Below are positions 27,707 to 37,915 of a stretch of 64,000 nt of DNA, one piece after another. The translations under genes were made by a program, and so were the position numbers. Each line of letters begins with the position of its first letter. Within the stretch, counting starts at the first letter, position 1. A model generated the notes under the pieces. That model saw nothing but the letters and a program-made list of their open reading frames with translations, did not search any database and was not told where the DNA came from. This DNA is from a candidate division WOR-3 bacterium. Lineage in GTDB: Bacteria > Hydrothermota > Tepidihabitantia > Tepidihabitantales > Tepidihabitantaceae. The DNA lies in contig JAOABP010000002.1 in NCBI GenBank assembly GCA_026418295.1, positions 162,367 to 226,366 of the forward strand, written 5' to 3'.

Positions 27707-28795
27707 CTACGTTGCTGTAGTGCTGTAATTTGGCGGTTGAATTTTTTTTAATGTGCAGTAATTGGCAAGCGTCGAATTTACATTAAGTGAGCTGAGATGA
27801 TAACGATTATAAAAGTATGTGAGTTTTTCAATCAATGTTTGAAGGGTTATTAATTTATTATGAGGCGTGCGGTCAAATTCTGAAGAACAAGTAGATACAA
27901 AATCGGACACGCGTTTGCATATTACGTGAAGGGCAGTATTGATTATAAGTGAAGGCTCGGCATGCTTTAATTCTGCGAGAACGCATGAGATGGGCTGTGT
28001 TGATGGGTTTTTAATAAAATCCAGTAACGGTGTTACAGCAAAATCAGCAAAATTTTTGTAAATACTGAGTGCACGTCCAAGAGACCCCTGAGCAAGTGTA
28101 GCAACGAGCATTGGGTCAATATTTGTTGGTGGATTTTCTGGCAGTATCTTCTTATTTTTTATGAAGTTAACTATATCTGATTCTTGAATGTTGGCAAATC
28201 GGATAATCTGACATCGGGAACGAATAGTCGGGTACAACGCATAATGATTTACAGTGGTAAGAATAAATATGGTGTTATGTTGAGGTTCTTCAAGAATTTT
28301 TAAAAGTGCATTTTGTGCTTCGGCGTTCATTTTGTGTGCGTTTAATATTATATAAAATCTCTTCTGTGCAGATACAGGATGTTTGGTCATTTCACTTGCC
28401 AGCCAACGAATGGCATTTATTGGTATAGTGTAGTTTGCGGGTATAGGAGGCTGAGATTTGCCAAGTGCAAAATCGGAATAATGTTTTACCATTTCAGCGA
28501 TCACGTCCTCACTTTTTGAATCGGCTGAGGGATTGCGTATCGGAATTACAAGATGGATATCTGGATGATTAAGATTTGAAATTTTGTTACACGAAGAACA
28601 ACCTGAACAGGTTAATTCTTTCCGTTTATCGCAGTTAATCGCCTGTGCCAGCTTAATTGCCAATGTACGCTTGCCAACACCCGGTTGACCAACAAAAATC
28701 AAAGGAAGAAAATGTTTCGCTGTAATCAATCTTTTAAGAATTTTGACTACCTTATCTTGGCCGATGATATCCGTGAAGAGCATTATTGGAGCCAA
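27707..28795 (-). CDS. holB: DNA polymerase III delta-prime subunit (HolB-like clamp-loader AAA+ protein)
   Basis: Walker A motif FVGQPGVGKRTLAIKLAQAINC, followed by the zinc-module-like cysteines CSGCSSC. SRC-like motif TIRSRCQIIRF. 362 aa. Confidence 0.7.
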   Translation of the reverse strand: MAPIMLFTDIIGQDKVVKILKRLITAKHFLPLIFVGQPGVGKRTLAIKLAQAINCDKRKELTCSGCSSCNKISNLNHPDIHLVIPIRNPSADSKSEDVIAEMVKHYSDFALGKSQPPIPANYTIPINAIRWLASEMTKHPVSAQKRFYIILNAHKMNAEAQNALLKILEEPQHNTIFILTTVNHYALYPTIRSRCQIIRFANIQESDIVNFIKNKKILPENPPTNIDPMLVATLAQGSLGRALSIYKNFADFAVTPLLDFIKNPSTQPISCVLAELKHAEPSLIINTALHVICKRVSDFVSTCSSEFDRTPHNKLITLQTLIEKLTYFYNRYHLSSLNVNSTLANYCTLKKIQPPNYSTTAT

Positions 28796-29904
28796 TCCTT
28801 AGGATTCAGGGGTTGTCCATCTTTTCGGATTTCAAAGTGTAAATAATCGTTGACTGTACCAATTACTGTTCCAGCGGTGACCGTAGCGTTTACAACGGTA
28901 TTTATAGAAGTAAGATTTCCGTAAAGGGAAAAGTAACCAGTACCATGATCAACAATCACCAAATTACCATATCCGATAAATCGGTCTGCATATGCTACTT
29001 TACCAGTTGCAATTACCTCGACGGGGGATGGGCGATCTACTTTGATATCTATCCCCAAGTTATTTATTTTTGTCCGATAGCGAGGATGAATTTGAACACC
29101 AAAGGATGCGACTACATCTCCAGCTACTGGCCAAGGCAATTTTCCCCGTTTCATTTCAAGATTCTCAGATGATGTTTCCGTAATACGTACTTGGAGCTGA
29201 CTAATCAAATTGCGTAATTGTTTGGCAGCGGACGCCAATTCAGTTTGAAGTGCTTCCCGAGCAGATTTTTCCCGGCGAATTTGGAGCAGAATTAACATCT
29301 CTTGTTCTCGGTCTTTAAGGAGTTCCTGTTTTTTTAGCTCAACTTCGTTTTTTAATCGTTCCTGAGTGGCCAGAGCTTCTTGGATTGCCGATTCCTTTCC
29401 TCTTATTTCTGCATTCAGCTTTCTTGTTTCTTCAATCAATTGCTGATCAGCACGGCTTATTACACGTAAATTTATCAATTTACGATAATACTCCGGCAAA
29501 TTTTTACTCGTAAGCAAAGATTGCAATCGATAGAGTTTCGAGTACTTATAAATGACCACCAACCTTCGCTTCAGGCGATTCTCAAGTTTGTCCTGTTGCT
29601 CCATAAGGCAAATGAGTTCAGCATTTAATTTACTGATTTCTCGGTTGTAACTATTGACACGATACTCAATTTGTTTTAAAAGATTCTCCGTGAGGGCAAT
29701 TTTTTCTTGGAGCAATTCAAGCCGTTGTAACGTTTGGTGTTCGCGCATACCGATTTCACTCAGGATTTGCTCAATTTCCTTGAGTTTTTGTTGGGTCGAA
29801 TCTAATTGTTGTTGGATCAAATCAAGCGAGTCTATTAATACTGGAGGCTGAGATAGAAGCATGGTATAGGACAGAACAACAAACAGAAGCGTTTTGTGGG
29901 TCAT
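28783..29904 (-). CDS. envC: Murein hydrolase activator EnvC-like protein (N-terminal coiled coil plus C-terminal M23 / LytM domain)
   Basis: Signal peptide, then a long heptad-rich coiled coil, then the C-terminal M23 fold (GIDIKVDRPSPVEVIATGKVAYADRFIGYGNLVIVDHGTGYFSLYGNL). It lies immediately downstream of ftsEX. Confidence 0.7.
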   Translation of the reverse strand: MTHKTLLFVVLSYTMLLSQPPVLIDSLDLIQQQLDSTQQKLKEIEQILSEIGMREHQTLQRLELLQEKIALTENLLKQIEYRVNSYNREISKLNAELICLMEQQDKLENRLKRRLVVIYKYSKLYRLQSLLTSKNLPEYYRKLINLRVISRADQQLIEETRKLNAEIRGKESAIQEALATQERLKNEVELKKQELLKDREQEMLILLQIRREKSAREALQTELASAAKQLRNLISQLQVRITETSSENLEMKRGKLPWPVAGDVVASFGVQIHPRYRTKINNLGIDIKVDRPSPVEVIATGKVAYADRFIGYGNLVIVDHGTGYFSLYGNLTSINTVVNATVTAGTVIGTVNDYLHFEIRKDGQPLNPKDWLQ

Positions 29905-30788
29905 CTGTTGCGTATTTGTGGTCTCTCAGAAAGCGAGGAGGGGAGGCGATTAAGTGCCAGAATCGATCCCCCTATTCCTAGAATTATGCCGATAATTAAC
30001 ATTGCTAACAAAAGTAGTAACGCCGGGCAGTAGGGTGCGGGTAGCACCATAACAATTAATCGATAAACCACGAAGATTAGAAGCAAAGCGATTAAAACTC
30101 CTCCAAGTCCCTGAAGAGCGCCTTGGAGTATGAAGGGAAAGTGAATGGCAAAACGCGAAGCACCCACAAGCTCCATAATTTCAATTTCTTGTGAACGTCG
30201 GATGATTGAGTTTTCAACAGTTTGAAAGGCAATGAAGATAATGGAGACGACAACGATTGCTAAAATTACAATGTCCAATAAAAGTACTGTTCTAGCAACT
30301 TGGCTAAGTTGCCTTAAAAGTTCTTTTCCAGACCATACCTCAGTTATGCCTGGCAAACGCATCAGCTTCTCTTCGATAAGGGTAAGGTCTCTGGGGTTCG
30401 CATATTCAGGGTCCAGAGTAATACGAAGTGATGCGGGGATAGGGTCTTCTCCTAATGCGTTAACCAATAAGCTATCATTTCCCAGATCAGCCTGCAGTTC
30501 TTGTAATGCTTCTGATTTTGAAATAAATCTTACCGTTGCAATCCCGGCAATGGTAGTGATGCGTTGCAGAAGAAGCGATGGATCATTGGTAACTTCATCA
30601 TTTAAAAATACATAAATCTCAGTTTGGTTTGTCATCGACCGGGTTAATTTAACTACATTAACTGTTATAACGATAAAAATTCCCAATATGAGCAAACAGA
30701 TTGATATTACTGCGCTCGAGAGCAAAAATTGGTTAATATTACGTGTGAGTGTCCGGTATGTTTCCTTAATAAGATAGGAGAGACTCAT
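29901..30788 (-). CDS. ftsX: Cell-division ABC transporter permease FtsX
   Basis: Four-transmembrane FtsX topology with a large periplasmic loop. It has a 4-nt overlap with envC and lies directly after ftsE. Confidence 0.75.
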   Translation of the reverse strand: MSLSYLIKETYRTLTRNINQFLLSSAVISICLLILGIFIVITVNVVKLTRSMTNQTEIYVFLNDEVTNDPSLLLQRITTIAGIATVRFISKSEALQELQADLGNDSLLVNALGEDPIPASLRITLDPEYANPRDLTLIEEKLMRLPGITEVWSGKELLRQLSQVARTVLLLDIVILAIVVVSIIFIAFQTVENSIIRRSQEIEIMELVGASRFAIHFPFILQGALQGLGGVLIALLLIFVVYRLIVMVLPAPYCPALLLLLAMLIIGIILGIGGSILALNRLPSSLSERPQIRNR

Positions 30789-30794
30789 GTATTT

Positions 30795-31493
30795 TCACCC
30801 CTCATCACGTATGATTCTGCCGGCATCAAGAGTGATTCTTCGGCGGCGACTGCGTTCCGCAAGATCAGCATCGTGAGTCGCCATTATTACAGTTGTTCCA
30901 TGGTAATTAATATCTTTAAGTATATTTAGAATATCATCTGATGCTTTAGGGTCAATGTTGCCTGTGGGTTCGTCTGCCAAAATTAGATCTGGTGATTTTA
31001 CAAGGGCACGAGCAATAGAAACTTTCTGCTGCTCCCCTCCAGAAAGTTCGTGGGGGAACGAGTTCCTTTTATGCGCGATACCCAGCTGATTCAGGGTTTC
31101 TTGGATTTTAGCCGGTATGATATCCCGCTGAGTATTAATTGCTTGCAGGACAAACTCCAAATTTTCATAAACGGTACGGTCCCATAGCAGTTTGAAATCT
31201 TGGAATATGATTCCAATTCGTCGGCGCAACAGTGAAATTTGATGAGACCGCATCGATAACAGGTCATAACCTAGCACTTTAATCAATCCTGCATCAGGGA
31301 GTTCATGTCGGTAAAGTAGTCGTAACAAAGTTGTTTTTCCTGCACCTGTAGCACCGAGAAGAAATAAGAAATCTCCAGGATAAACAGTCAAATTGATGTC
31401 AGTCAGAGCAGGCCAATCACCTTGATAATATTTGAACACCCCCGTTAACTCAACAACCGGTTCCAAACTGGGACTGTGGAGATTAGCTGACAT
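30795..31493 (-). CDS. ftsE: Cell-division ABC transporter ATPase FtsE
   Basis: Walker [15 protein letters not shown] signature [15 protein letters not shown], Walker [13 protein letters not shown]-loop ATHD. Confidence 0.85.
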   Translation of the reverse strand: MSANLHSPSLEPVVELTGVFKYYQGDWPALTDINLTVYPGDFLFLLGATGAGKTTLLRLLYRHELPDAGLIKVLGYDLLSMRSHQISLLRRRIGIIFQDFKLLWDRTVYENLEFVLQAINTQRDIIPAKIQETLNQLGIAHKRNSFPHELSGGEQQKVSIARALVKSPDLILADEPTGNIDPKASDDILNILKDINYHGTTVIMATHDADLAERSRRRRITLDAGRIIRDEG

Positions 31494-32145
31494 AATACTT
31501 CAGGAGGTTCCAGATGGCAATGAACCCGTCTTTCCAGCTTATTTTCTTGCCCTTTGTTCTAGGTGTGTAATTTATTGGAACTTCCAACAAACGAGCGCGC
31601 AGTCTCAGAAGCTTGCAGGTAATTTCCGGTTCAATTTCAAACCCGTTTGCAGTCAATTTCAATTTTCCCATGGTTTTTTTACTGATGACTTTATAACCAG
31701 TTTCCATGTCAGTGATTTTCCCCCCAAATAATGCATTTGTAAGGAACGTCAAAAAGATATTAGCCATTAAGCTAATAATAAGAAAATGATTTCTCTTTTT
31801 AAAGCGAGACCCGAACACTGCATCAACTTTGTGGTTATGAAATGGTTTTATCAGAAGAGCATAGTCGGCAGGATCATACTCCAAGTCGGCATCCTGAATA
31901 AGGATTATATCACCAGATGTATGGGTGATACCAGTACGAATAGCCGCACCTTTACCGAGGTTTTTTGTATGTCTAACAAGTGTTATATCCGGAATTGTGT
32001 TTAGAAGTTCGGGCGTTCTGTCTTGAGAACAGTCATCTACAACAATAATTTCCTTATTATTGACCGGTGCTGCCTTAACCCGTTCGATTAATTCAACAAT
32101 TGTATCTTCTTCGTTAAATACGGGAATTATCACAGATAATCTCAT
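31483..32145 (-). CDS. Family-2 glycosyltransferase, of the short polyprenyl-phosphate sugar transferase (DPM1 / ArnC / GtrB) type
   Basis: N-terminal LSVIIPVFNEEDTI...VVDDCSQDRT and the DxD-region motif IQDADLEYDP. The protein is 220 aa with no C-terminal transmembrane domain. Confidence 0.65.
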   Translation of the reverse strand: MRLSVIIPVFNEEDTIVELIERVKAAPVNNKEIIVVDDCSQDRTPELLNTIPDITLVRHTKNLGKGAAIRTGITHTSGDIILIQDADLEYDPADYALLIKPFHNHKVDAVFGSRFKKRNHFLIISLMANIFLTFLTNALFGGKITDMETGYKVISKKTMGKLKLTANGFEIEPEITCKLLRLRARLLEVPINYTPRTKGKKISWKDGFIAIWNLLKYYVS

Positions 32146-33031
32146 GATTGTTTATTTTCATTAAATTATCGATAATTTCAAGACATTCCACCACCTGTTT
32201 GCCAAGTTCGCCATTGTTCACTGGTTTTAGGCGTTTTACACAACTATCGATAAAATTTTGACACATCTGGGTTAGCGGTAATTCCGTCGCTGGAATATCA
32301 TTACCAATAGGTTCATAGTACTCGTGAACTTCATTTTTGGTAAAAAGTCTAATGACTCTTTGAAAAGGTGGATGTGTCCATTGAGCTTCCCCCGCGAAAG
32401 TTAAACCATTTGCAAATTTAAGTTCGTATCGACACCGCTTTGGAGTGTTTTCTGAGCATGAAAAATACTGAGGCTTTCCTAGTAACGATACTGCAATTGC
32501 AATATCATGCGCAGCTAGATCCCATAGGGGAGTGCTGATGTTTTCTCTTCCCCTTGAGGTTCGAACCGCTTCGATTCGGATCACATTAATCAACTGATTT
32601 GATTTGAGGTATGAGCTTAACCTTTGATAACTCTTTGTAAAAAGAGGGGTGTGAGCGACCGCAAGCACAAGTCTTCTGTTTTGAGCAATTTCAACCAACT
32701 CATGGGCTTCAGAACTTTTCAAGGTCATTGGTTTTTCAACCAACACATCCTTGTCATGAATCAGGGCGTCACGCGCGAGCGCATAATGGGTTTGATCGGG
32801 AGTTGTGATTATTACAGCTTTAATATCTTTACTCTCAACAATGGTACGGTATTCAAGCGTCATATAATTCCTTAAATTTTCAAATTTCTGATCGCTGATG
32901 TCACACAAATATATCGGTCCGGTGTGAAATTGTTCAAGAGTCTGCAAGTATTTTTTCCCCCACATGCCAAGTCCTATAATACCAATCGCAATATTTTTTT
33001 TCATCGAATCTTCAGATTTCTTTTGAACCAT
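32114..33031 (-). CDS. Gfo/Idh/MocA-family NAD(P)-dependent sugar oxidoreductase
   Basis: N-terminal Rossmann motif IAIGIIGLGMWGKKY. The length and the C-terminal alpha/beta domain are typical of the family. Confidence 0.65.
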   Translation of the reverse strand: MVQKKSEDSMKKNIAIGIIGLGMWGKKYLQTLEQFHTGPIYLCDISDQKFENLRNYMTLEYRTIVESKDIKAVIITTPDQTHYALARDALIHDKDVLVEKPMTLKSSEAHELVEIAQNRRLVLAVAHTPLFTKSYQRLSSYLKSNQLINVIRIEAVRTSRGRENISTPLWDLAAHDIAIAVSLLGKPQYFSCSENTPKRCRYELKFANGLTFAGEAQWTHPPFQRVIRLFTKNEVHEYYEPIGNDIPATELPLTQMCQNFIDSCVKRLKPVNNGELGKQVVECLEIIDNLMKINNHEIICDNSRI

Positions 33032-33969
33032 TTAATAGTCAGCAAAAGCCCTTTTTCCAGTTCCACTTTAGGAGTCCAGCCAATCAATTTCACAGCTCGC
33101 GTTATATCCGGATTTCTACGTTTGGGATCATCGGGAGGAGCAGGCAAAAATTTGTAGGGGCTGTCTGAGTGCGTTAATTTTTTAATCGACTGTGCCAATT
33201 GTAAAATAGTAACTTCGTGGGGGTTCCCCAAGTTAATTGGATGAGGGTCAGAACATCGGAGCAATCGATAAAGTCCAATGATCATGTCACTTACATAACA
33301 AAAGCTGCGTGTCTGCCTCCCCGTTCCCAAAATTGTAAGTGGCTGATGTGTTAATGCTTGGTAAATTAAACTGGGGATAACCCTTCCATCATCAAATTTC
33401 ATTCTGGGGCCGTAAGTGTTAAAAATTCTGGCTATTCGAACAGGTACCGTGTAAACGCGATGATAGCTCATTGTGAGTGCCTCAGCAAACCGCTTGGCTT
33501 CATCGTAGACTGACCGTGGTCCGGTAGGATTAACATTACCCCAGTAAGACTCCGGTTGAGGATTTACAAGAGGGTCTCCATAGACTTCTGATGTAGAAGC
33601 CTGTACAAAAATAGCGTTATTTGTGCGTGCTATTTCTAACAGGTTTAAAGTGCCTTGAGATCCTGCCTTGAGTGTTTCAATCGGGTAAATGTAGTAGTCT
33701 TTTGGGGATGCAGGCGAGGCCAAGTTGAAAATAATATTAGGCGTAAGTTTGTTAAGTATTCTGATTTTATTAAAATCAACTATATCAGCTTCTATGAACT
33801 CAAAATCTGAACATCGGTGTAAATGTGAAATATTATCATAGTTACCTGTTATTAGATTATCCAGACAAATGACTTTAAAGCCCTTTTTTAACATAAATTC
33901 ACACAAGTGAGAACCAAGGAAACCGGCCCCACCGGCAATAACTACCAAGCGTTTCTCCGGACGGTTCAT
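33001..33969 (-). CDS. UDP-glucuronate decarboxylase (UDP-xylose synthase) / ArnA-decarboxylase-like SDR enzyme
   Basis: RLVVIAGGAGFLGSHLCEFMLKKGFKVICLDNLITGN is the extended-SDR GxxGxxG motif and closely resembles UXS. The SDR catalytic YxxxK motif is present as YDEAKR. About 320 aa. Confidence 0.7.
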   Translation of the reverse strand: MNRPEKRLVVIAGGAGFLGSHLCEFMLKKGFKVICLDNLITGNYDNISHLHRCSDFEFIEADIVDFNKIRILNKLTPNIIFNLASPASPKDYYIYPIETLKAGSQGTLNLLEIARTNNAIFVQASTSEVYGDPLVNPQPESYWGNVNPTGPRSVYDEAKRFAEALTMSYHRVYTVPVRIARIFNTYGPRMKFDDGRVIPSLIYQALTHQPLTILGTGRQTRSFCYVSDMIIGLYRLLRCSDPHPINLGNPHEVTILQLAQSIKKLTHSDSPYKFLPAPPDDPKRRNPDITRAVKLIGWTPKVELEKGLLLTIKWFKRNLKIR

Positions 33970-35255
33970 CGGCCGACCCCAATATATATAAAGCCGAGGT
34001 TTTCCATAAATTTCCTTTCGAGCATATTTCTTCCGTCAGCAATAATAGGAATGCGCATTCGCTTTTTAATTTTCTCCCAGTCAAGTTTGAGAAATGAGTC
34101 CCATTCGGTGAGAATAGCAATGAGATCGGCATTATCAGCTACCATTTCTGGTTCGGGACAAAATTCGACTTTGGGCAAAATTTTTCGAGCATTTTCCATT
34201 GCTTGGGGGTCGTAGGCACGGATTAACGCACCTTCCGAAAGTAAGGCATTAATGATATCGACCGAAGGGGCGAAGCGCATATCATCGGTATTAGGTTTGA
34301 ATGACAAGCCCAGTATACCAATGGTTTTGTCTTTTAAGTTCCAGAGAGTATTTTTGATTTTGCGGACGAATCTTGTTTTTGCATCCTCGTTAATTTTTTC
34401 TACCTCGCGGAGCAATCTAAAGTCATAGCCCAATTCGTGGGCAATTCTGATGAATGCTTTTAAATCTTTTGGAAAACAAAATCCTCCATAACCGATGCCG
34501 GCGTTAAGAAACTGGCAGCCGATTCTATGGTCCATGCCAATACCTTTAGCGACTTCAGCAATATCTGCGCCGACTGCTTCGCATATAAAGGAAATTGCGT
34601 TTATAAATGAAATTTTCATTGCGAGAAATGCATTGGATGCATGTTTTATCAATTCAGCAGAAGCGAGATCAGTGATAATTAAAGGCGCATTCAGCGGGCG
34701 ATAAATATCTTCCATCAGGTTTCGAGCGCGTTCGTTTTCTACGCCGATTACAATCCGGTCAGGATGAAGAAAGTCGTAGACGGCGCTGCCCTCCCGCAGA
34801 AATTCTGGATTACAGGCAACATCAAAGTCTACCTGATTCCGATTATAACGTTCAACTGTGGTTCTAATCCATTTAGCGGTTTGAACTGGAACAGTAGATT
34901 TTTCAACGATCAACCGGTATCCACTCATCCAACCAGCAATTTGGCGAGCCACGGCTTCAACATTGGTTAAATCCGGTTCGCCGGTTTCCAGGGGGGGAGT
35001 TCCGACGGCGATGAAACACACGATACTGTTCTCGATTGCCCTCTTAATATCAGTTGTAAATGTCAGTTTTCCACAACTGACTGTTTCTGCGATTATTTCT
35101 TTCAACCCGGGTTCATAAATTGGTAATTTACCCCGGATTAGTGTCTCGATTTTAGCTGAGTCATTATCAACACAGATTACCCTGTGTCCAATTTTGGCAA
35201 GGCAGGCGCTGGTCGTTAACCCTACATATCCCGCGCCAATTACTGAAATATCCAT
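33966..35255 (-). CDS. ugd: UDP-glucose 6-dehydrogenase
   Basis: MDISVIGAGYVGLTTSACLAKIGHRVICVD. The catalytic cysteine context is GYGGFCFPKD. 429 aa. These are canonical UDP-glucose / GDP-mannose dehydrogenase family motifs. Confidence 0.85.
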   Translation of the reverse strand: MDISVIGAGYVGLTTSACLAKIGHRVICVDNDSAKIETLIRGKLPIYEPGLKEIIAETVSCGKLTFTTDIKRAIENSIVCFIAVGTPPLETGEPDLTNVEAVARQIAGWMSGYRLIVEKSTVPVQTAKWIRTTVERYNRNQVDFDVACNPEFLREGSAVYDFLHPDRIVIGVENERARNLMEDIYRPLNAPLIITDLASAELIKHASNAFLAMKISFINAISFICEAVGADIAEVAKGIGMDHRIGCQFLNAGIGYGGFCFPKDLKAFIRIAHELGYDFRLLREVEKINEDAKTRFVRKIKNTLWNLKDKTIGILGLSFKPNTDDMRFAPSVDIINALLSEGALIRAYDPQAMENARKILPKVEFCPEPEMVADNADLIAILTEWDSFLKLDWEKIKKRMRIPIIADGRNMLERKFMENLGFIYIGVGR

Positions 35256-35304
35256 AAAATTATTATGGTTGACAGGTGCATAAAGTCAATACTGATATAT
35301 CTGG

Positions 35305-37893
35305 TTAAAGATGAAATTCTTCGACAAGTTTTTTCAATTCGGCAAGCAGATTAAGGGCTTGAAGGGGAGTAAGGGATTCGATCTCAAGGTGTTGAAGTCG
35401 TTCAATAACCGTTCTGATATGATTCTGATCAGCGAGCGGCGTTGTAAGCACTGAGTCATCCCGAATAAAGTCTGTTGGGTCGTTACAGTTGAAATTAATT
35501 AATAGTTGTTTTGCGCGTTCTAGTAATTTGGGAGGTAAACCCGCGAGCTTTGCTACGGCTATGCCATAACTTTTGTCAGCTGGTCCGGGATGAATTTTAC
35601 GGAGAAAGATCACCTGATCTCCCTTTTCTCGCACCAAAAAGCTATAGTTTTTCACTCGAGGTAACTGGCGAGTAATTTGAGTGAGTTCATGATAATGAGT
35701 AGCAAAAAGAGTGCGCGGACAGAAGTTATTAGATCCATGCAGATATTCAACTGTTGCCCAAGCAATTGCCAGTCCATCTTTGGTAGCAGTTCCCCGTCCT
35801 ACCTCATCGAGAATAATTAGGCTGCGTGTAGTGGCATTGTTTAGGATATTGGCGGTTTCGAGCATTTCTGCAAGAAATGTCGATACCCCGCGGGCAACAT
35901 CATCAGAAGCTCCTATGCGGGTGAAGATTTTATCGACGATACCGATTCGCGCAGAATCAGCTGGTACAAAGGACCCCATTTGTGCCATTATTACAATTAA
36001 CGCTACCTGACGCAGATAAGTTGATTTTCCAGCCATGTTGGGCCCGGTGATAATGAGAATTTGTTCATCAGCAGAGTTGAGATAAATATCATTTGGGATA
36101 AAAGGGTCTTTAAGCATTTTTTCCACGACCGGGTGTCTACCAGCTTTAATGTCAATAATACCTGATTCGTCGATTTCCGGACGGACATAATTTTCGTTAA
36201 TTGCTACCTGCGCAAGACTGGCAAGTACATCGAGTTCGGCAATTGTTCCCGATAGCTCAAGGAATTGTTCTGTGTATTGGGCGACCTTGTTGCGGAGATT
36301 AACAAACAGCTCAGACTCGATAGCTTTTATTCGTTCCTCGGCATGTAATAATTTATCCTCCAGCTCCTTCAACTCATGGGTAATAAACCGTTCTCCATTT
36401 GCTATCGTTTGTTTACGGATATAGTCCCGGGGAACATTAGCAAGATAGGATTTAGTAACTTCAATGTAATAGCCGAATACTGAATTAAAACCGACCCGAA
36501 GATTAGGAATTCCCGTACGCTGACGCTCCCGTTCCTGAATCCTCGCGATGTATTCCTTGGCATGGGAGGCGAGGCTGCGTAATTCATCGAGCTCACTGTT
36601 TACCCCCGTACGAATGACCCCGCCTTCTGTGTGAGTAACAGGGGGATCTTCAACAAGTACATTGTTAATTTCGTCTACAACAGGCGACAGATCCGGTATT
36701 TTTTTCTTCAAATCTAGAAGTCTTGATGTGTTAAACTGTTGCAACAGTTCTTTAATATCAGGAACTACCGAAAGCCATTTTTTCATTGTGGCTAATTCTC
36801 GCGGTCCGGCGCGACCAAGGGCAATACGGGAACTGATTCTTTCAATATCACCAATCTGCCGCAGTAATGTTTGAAGTTCGTTAAGCTGGAATTGAGATTT
36901 TTTAAACTCATTAATAGCGTCCAGGCGATTGTTGATATCTTTAACAGATAAAAGGGGGGAAAGAATCCAGCGGCGTAAAAGACGAGCGCCGACCGGGGTT
37001 TTTGTCTGATTAAGAACCCAGAACAGAGTTCCTTTAATGTCAGTTTTAGTGTCTGTTGAGTGCAGGGATTCGATGAGTTCTAGGTTACGCCGGGTGATTC
37101 GGTCAAGCAGTAAAAAATTATGGGTAATATAGCGTTGGATCCTTCTGAGATGGGGGAGGGCTCCGCGTTGAGTCTGTTCTAAATACTCGAGCAATGCTCC
37201 GGCTGCACAGATACCTTCATTCAAGTCTTCAATTCCATATCCCGCCAGATTTAATACACCCAAGTGGTGTGTTAGTTTTTCAAAGGCAAATTCTTCGGTA
37301 AAGTAATAATCATCAATTCGAGTAAATCTCGGTTCGGGAGTGATGTTTAATGTTGGGGTCCAAGATTGGGGAATAATGATTTCCGCCGGAGAAATCCGTT
37401 CAATTTCATCCGTTGCAGTTTCCGGGGTTACCTCCACGACGGAGAATTCACCAGTGGTGAGATCGGCAAAACTGATTCCCCATTTACTGCCGTGGGGGGA
37501 AAGTGCCATTATGTAGTTGTTCCTATTAGCATCTAATAGGGAAGTGCGGGTAATTGTACCAGGTGTTATTATTTCAACGACATCACGAGCTACAACTGGT
37601 TTTTTGGGGTCCGGTTCTTCAAGTTGTTCGCAGATTGCAACTTTCAACCCTTGTGCTACAAGTCGGGCAACATAGGTGTCGAGTGCTTTTACCGGAATAC
37701 CTGCCAATGGAACTCGGATATCGGGACCATGAGGACGAGATGTCAGAGTCAGATTAAGTACCTGAGCGCCAATTTCTGCATCTTCATAAAACATTTCATA
37801 GAAATCACCCACGCGGAAAAGTAATAATGTATTAGGATATTTCTGCTTTATACGGTGGTATTGGCGAAGCAGCGGGGTTAACTTTTCTGCCAC
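35305..37893 (-). CDS. mutS: DNA mismatch repair protein MutS
   Basis: TPLLRQYHRIKQKYPNTLLLFRVGDFYEMF is the mismatch-binding domain, including the Phe-x-Glu motif. Walker A ITGPNMAGKSTYLRQ. DEVGRGT and THYHELT are also present. 862 aa. Confidence 0.9.
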   Translation of the reverse strand: MAEKLTPLLRQYHRIKQKYPNTLLLFRVGDFYEMFYEDAEIGAQVLNLTLTSRPHGPDIRVPLAGIPVKALDTYVARLVAQGLKVAICEQLEEPDPKKPVVARDVVEIITPGTITRTSLLDANRNNYIMALSPHGSKWGISFADLTTGEFSVVEVTPETATDEIERISPAEIIIPQSWTPTLNITPEPRFTRIDDYYFTEEFAFEKLTHHLGVLNLAGYGIEDLNEGICAAGALLEYLEQTQRGALPHLRRIQRYITHNFLLLDRITRRNLELIESLHSTDTKTDIKGTLFWVLNQTKTPVGARLLRRWILSPLLSVKDINNRLDAINEFKKSQFQLNELQTLLRQIGDIERISSRIALGRAGPRELATMKKWLSVVPDIKELLQQFNTSRLLDLKKKIPDLSPVVDEINNVLVEDPPVTHTEGGVIRTGVNSELDELRSLASHAKEYIARIQERERQRTGIPNLRVGFNSVFGYYIEVTKSYLANVPRDYIRKQTIANGERFITHELKELEDKLLHAEERIKAIESELFVNLRNKVAQYTEQFLELSGTIAELDVLASLAQVAINENYVRPEIDESGIIDIKAGRHPVVEKMLKDPFIPNDIYLNSADEQILIITGPNMAGKSTYLRQVALIVIMAQMGSFVPADSARIGIVDKIFTRIGASDDVARGVSTFLAEMLETANILNNATTRSLIILDEVGRGTATKDGLAIAWATVEYLHGSNNFCPRTLFATHYHELTQITRQLPRVKNYSFLVREKGDQVIFLRKIHPGPADKSYGIAVAKLAGLPPKLLERAKQLLINFNCNDPTDFIRDDSVLTTPLADQNHIRTVIERLQHLEIESLTPLQALNLLAELKKLVEEFHL

Positions 37894-37915
37894 ATTATTT
37901 TCAGTTTAGAATAAT

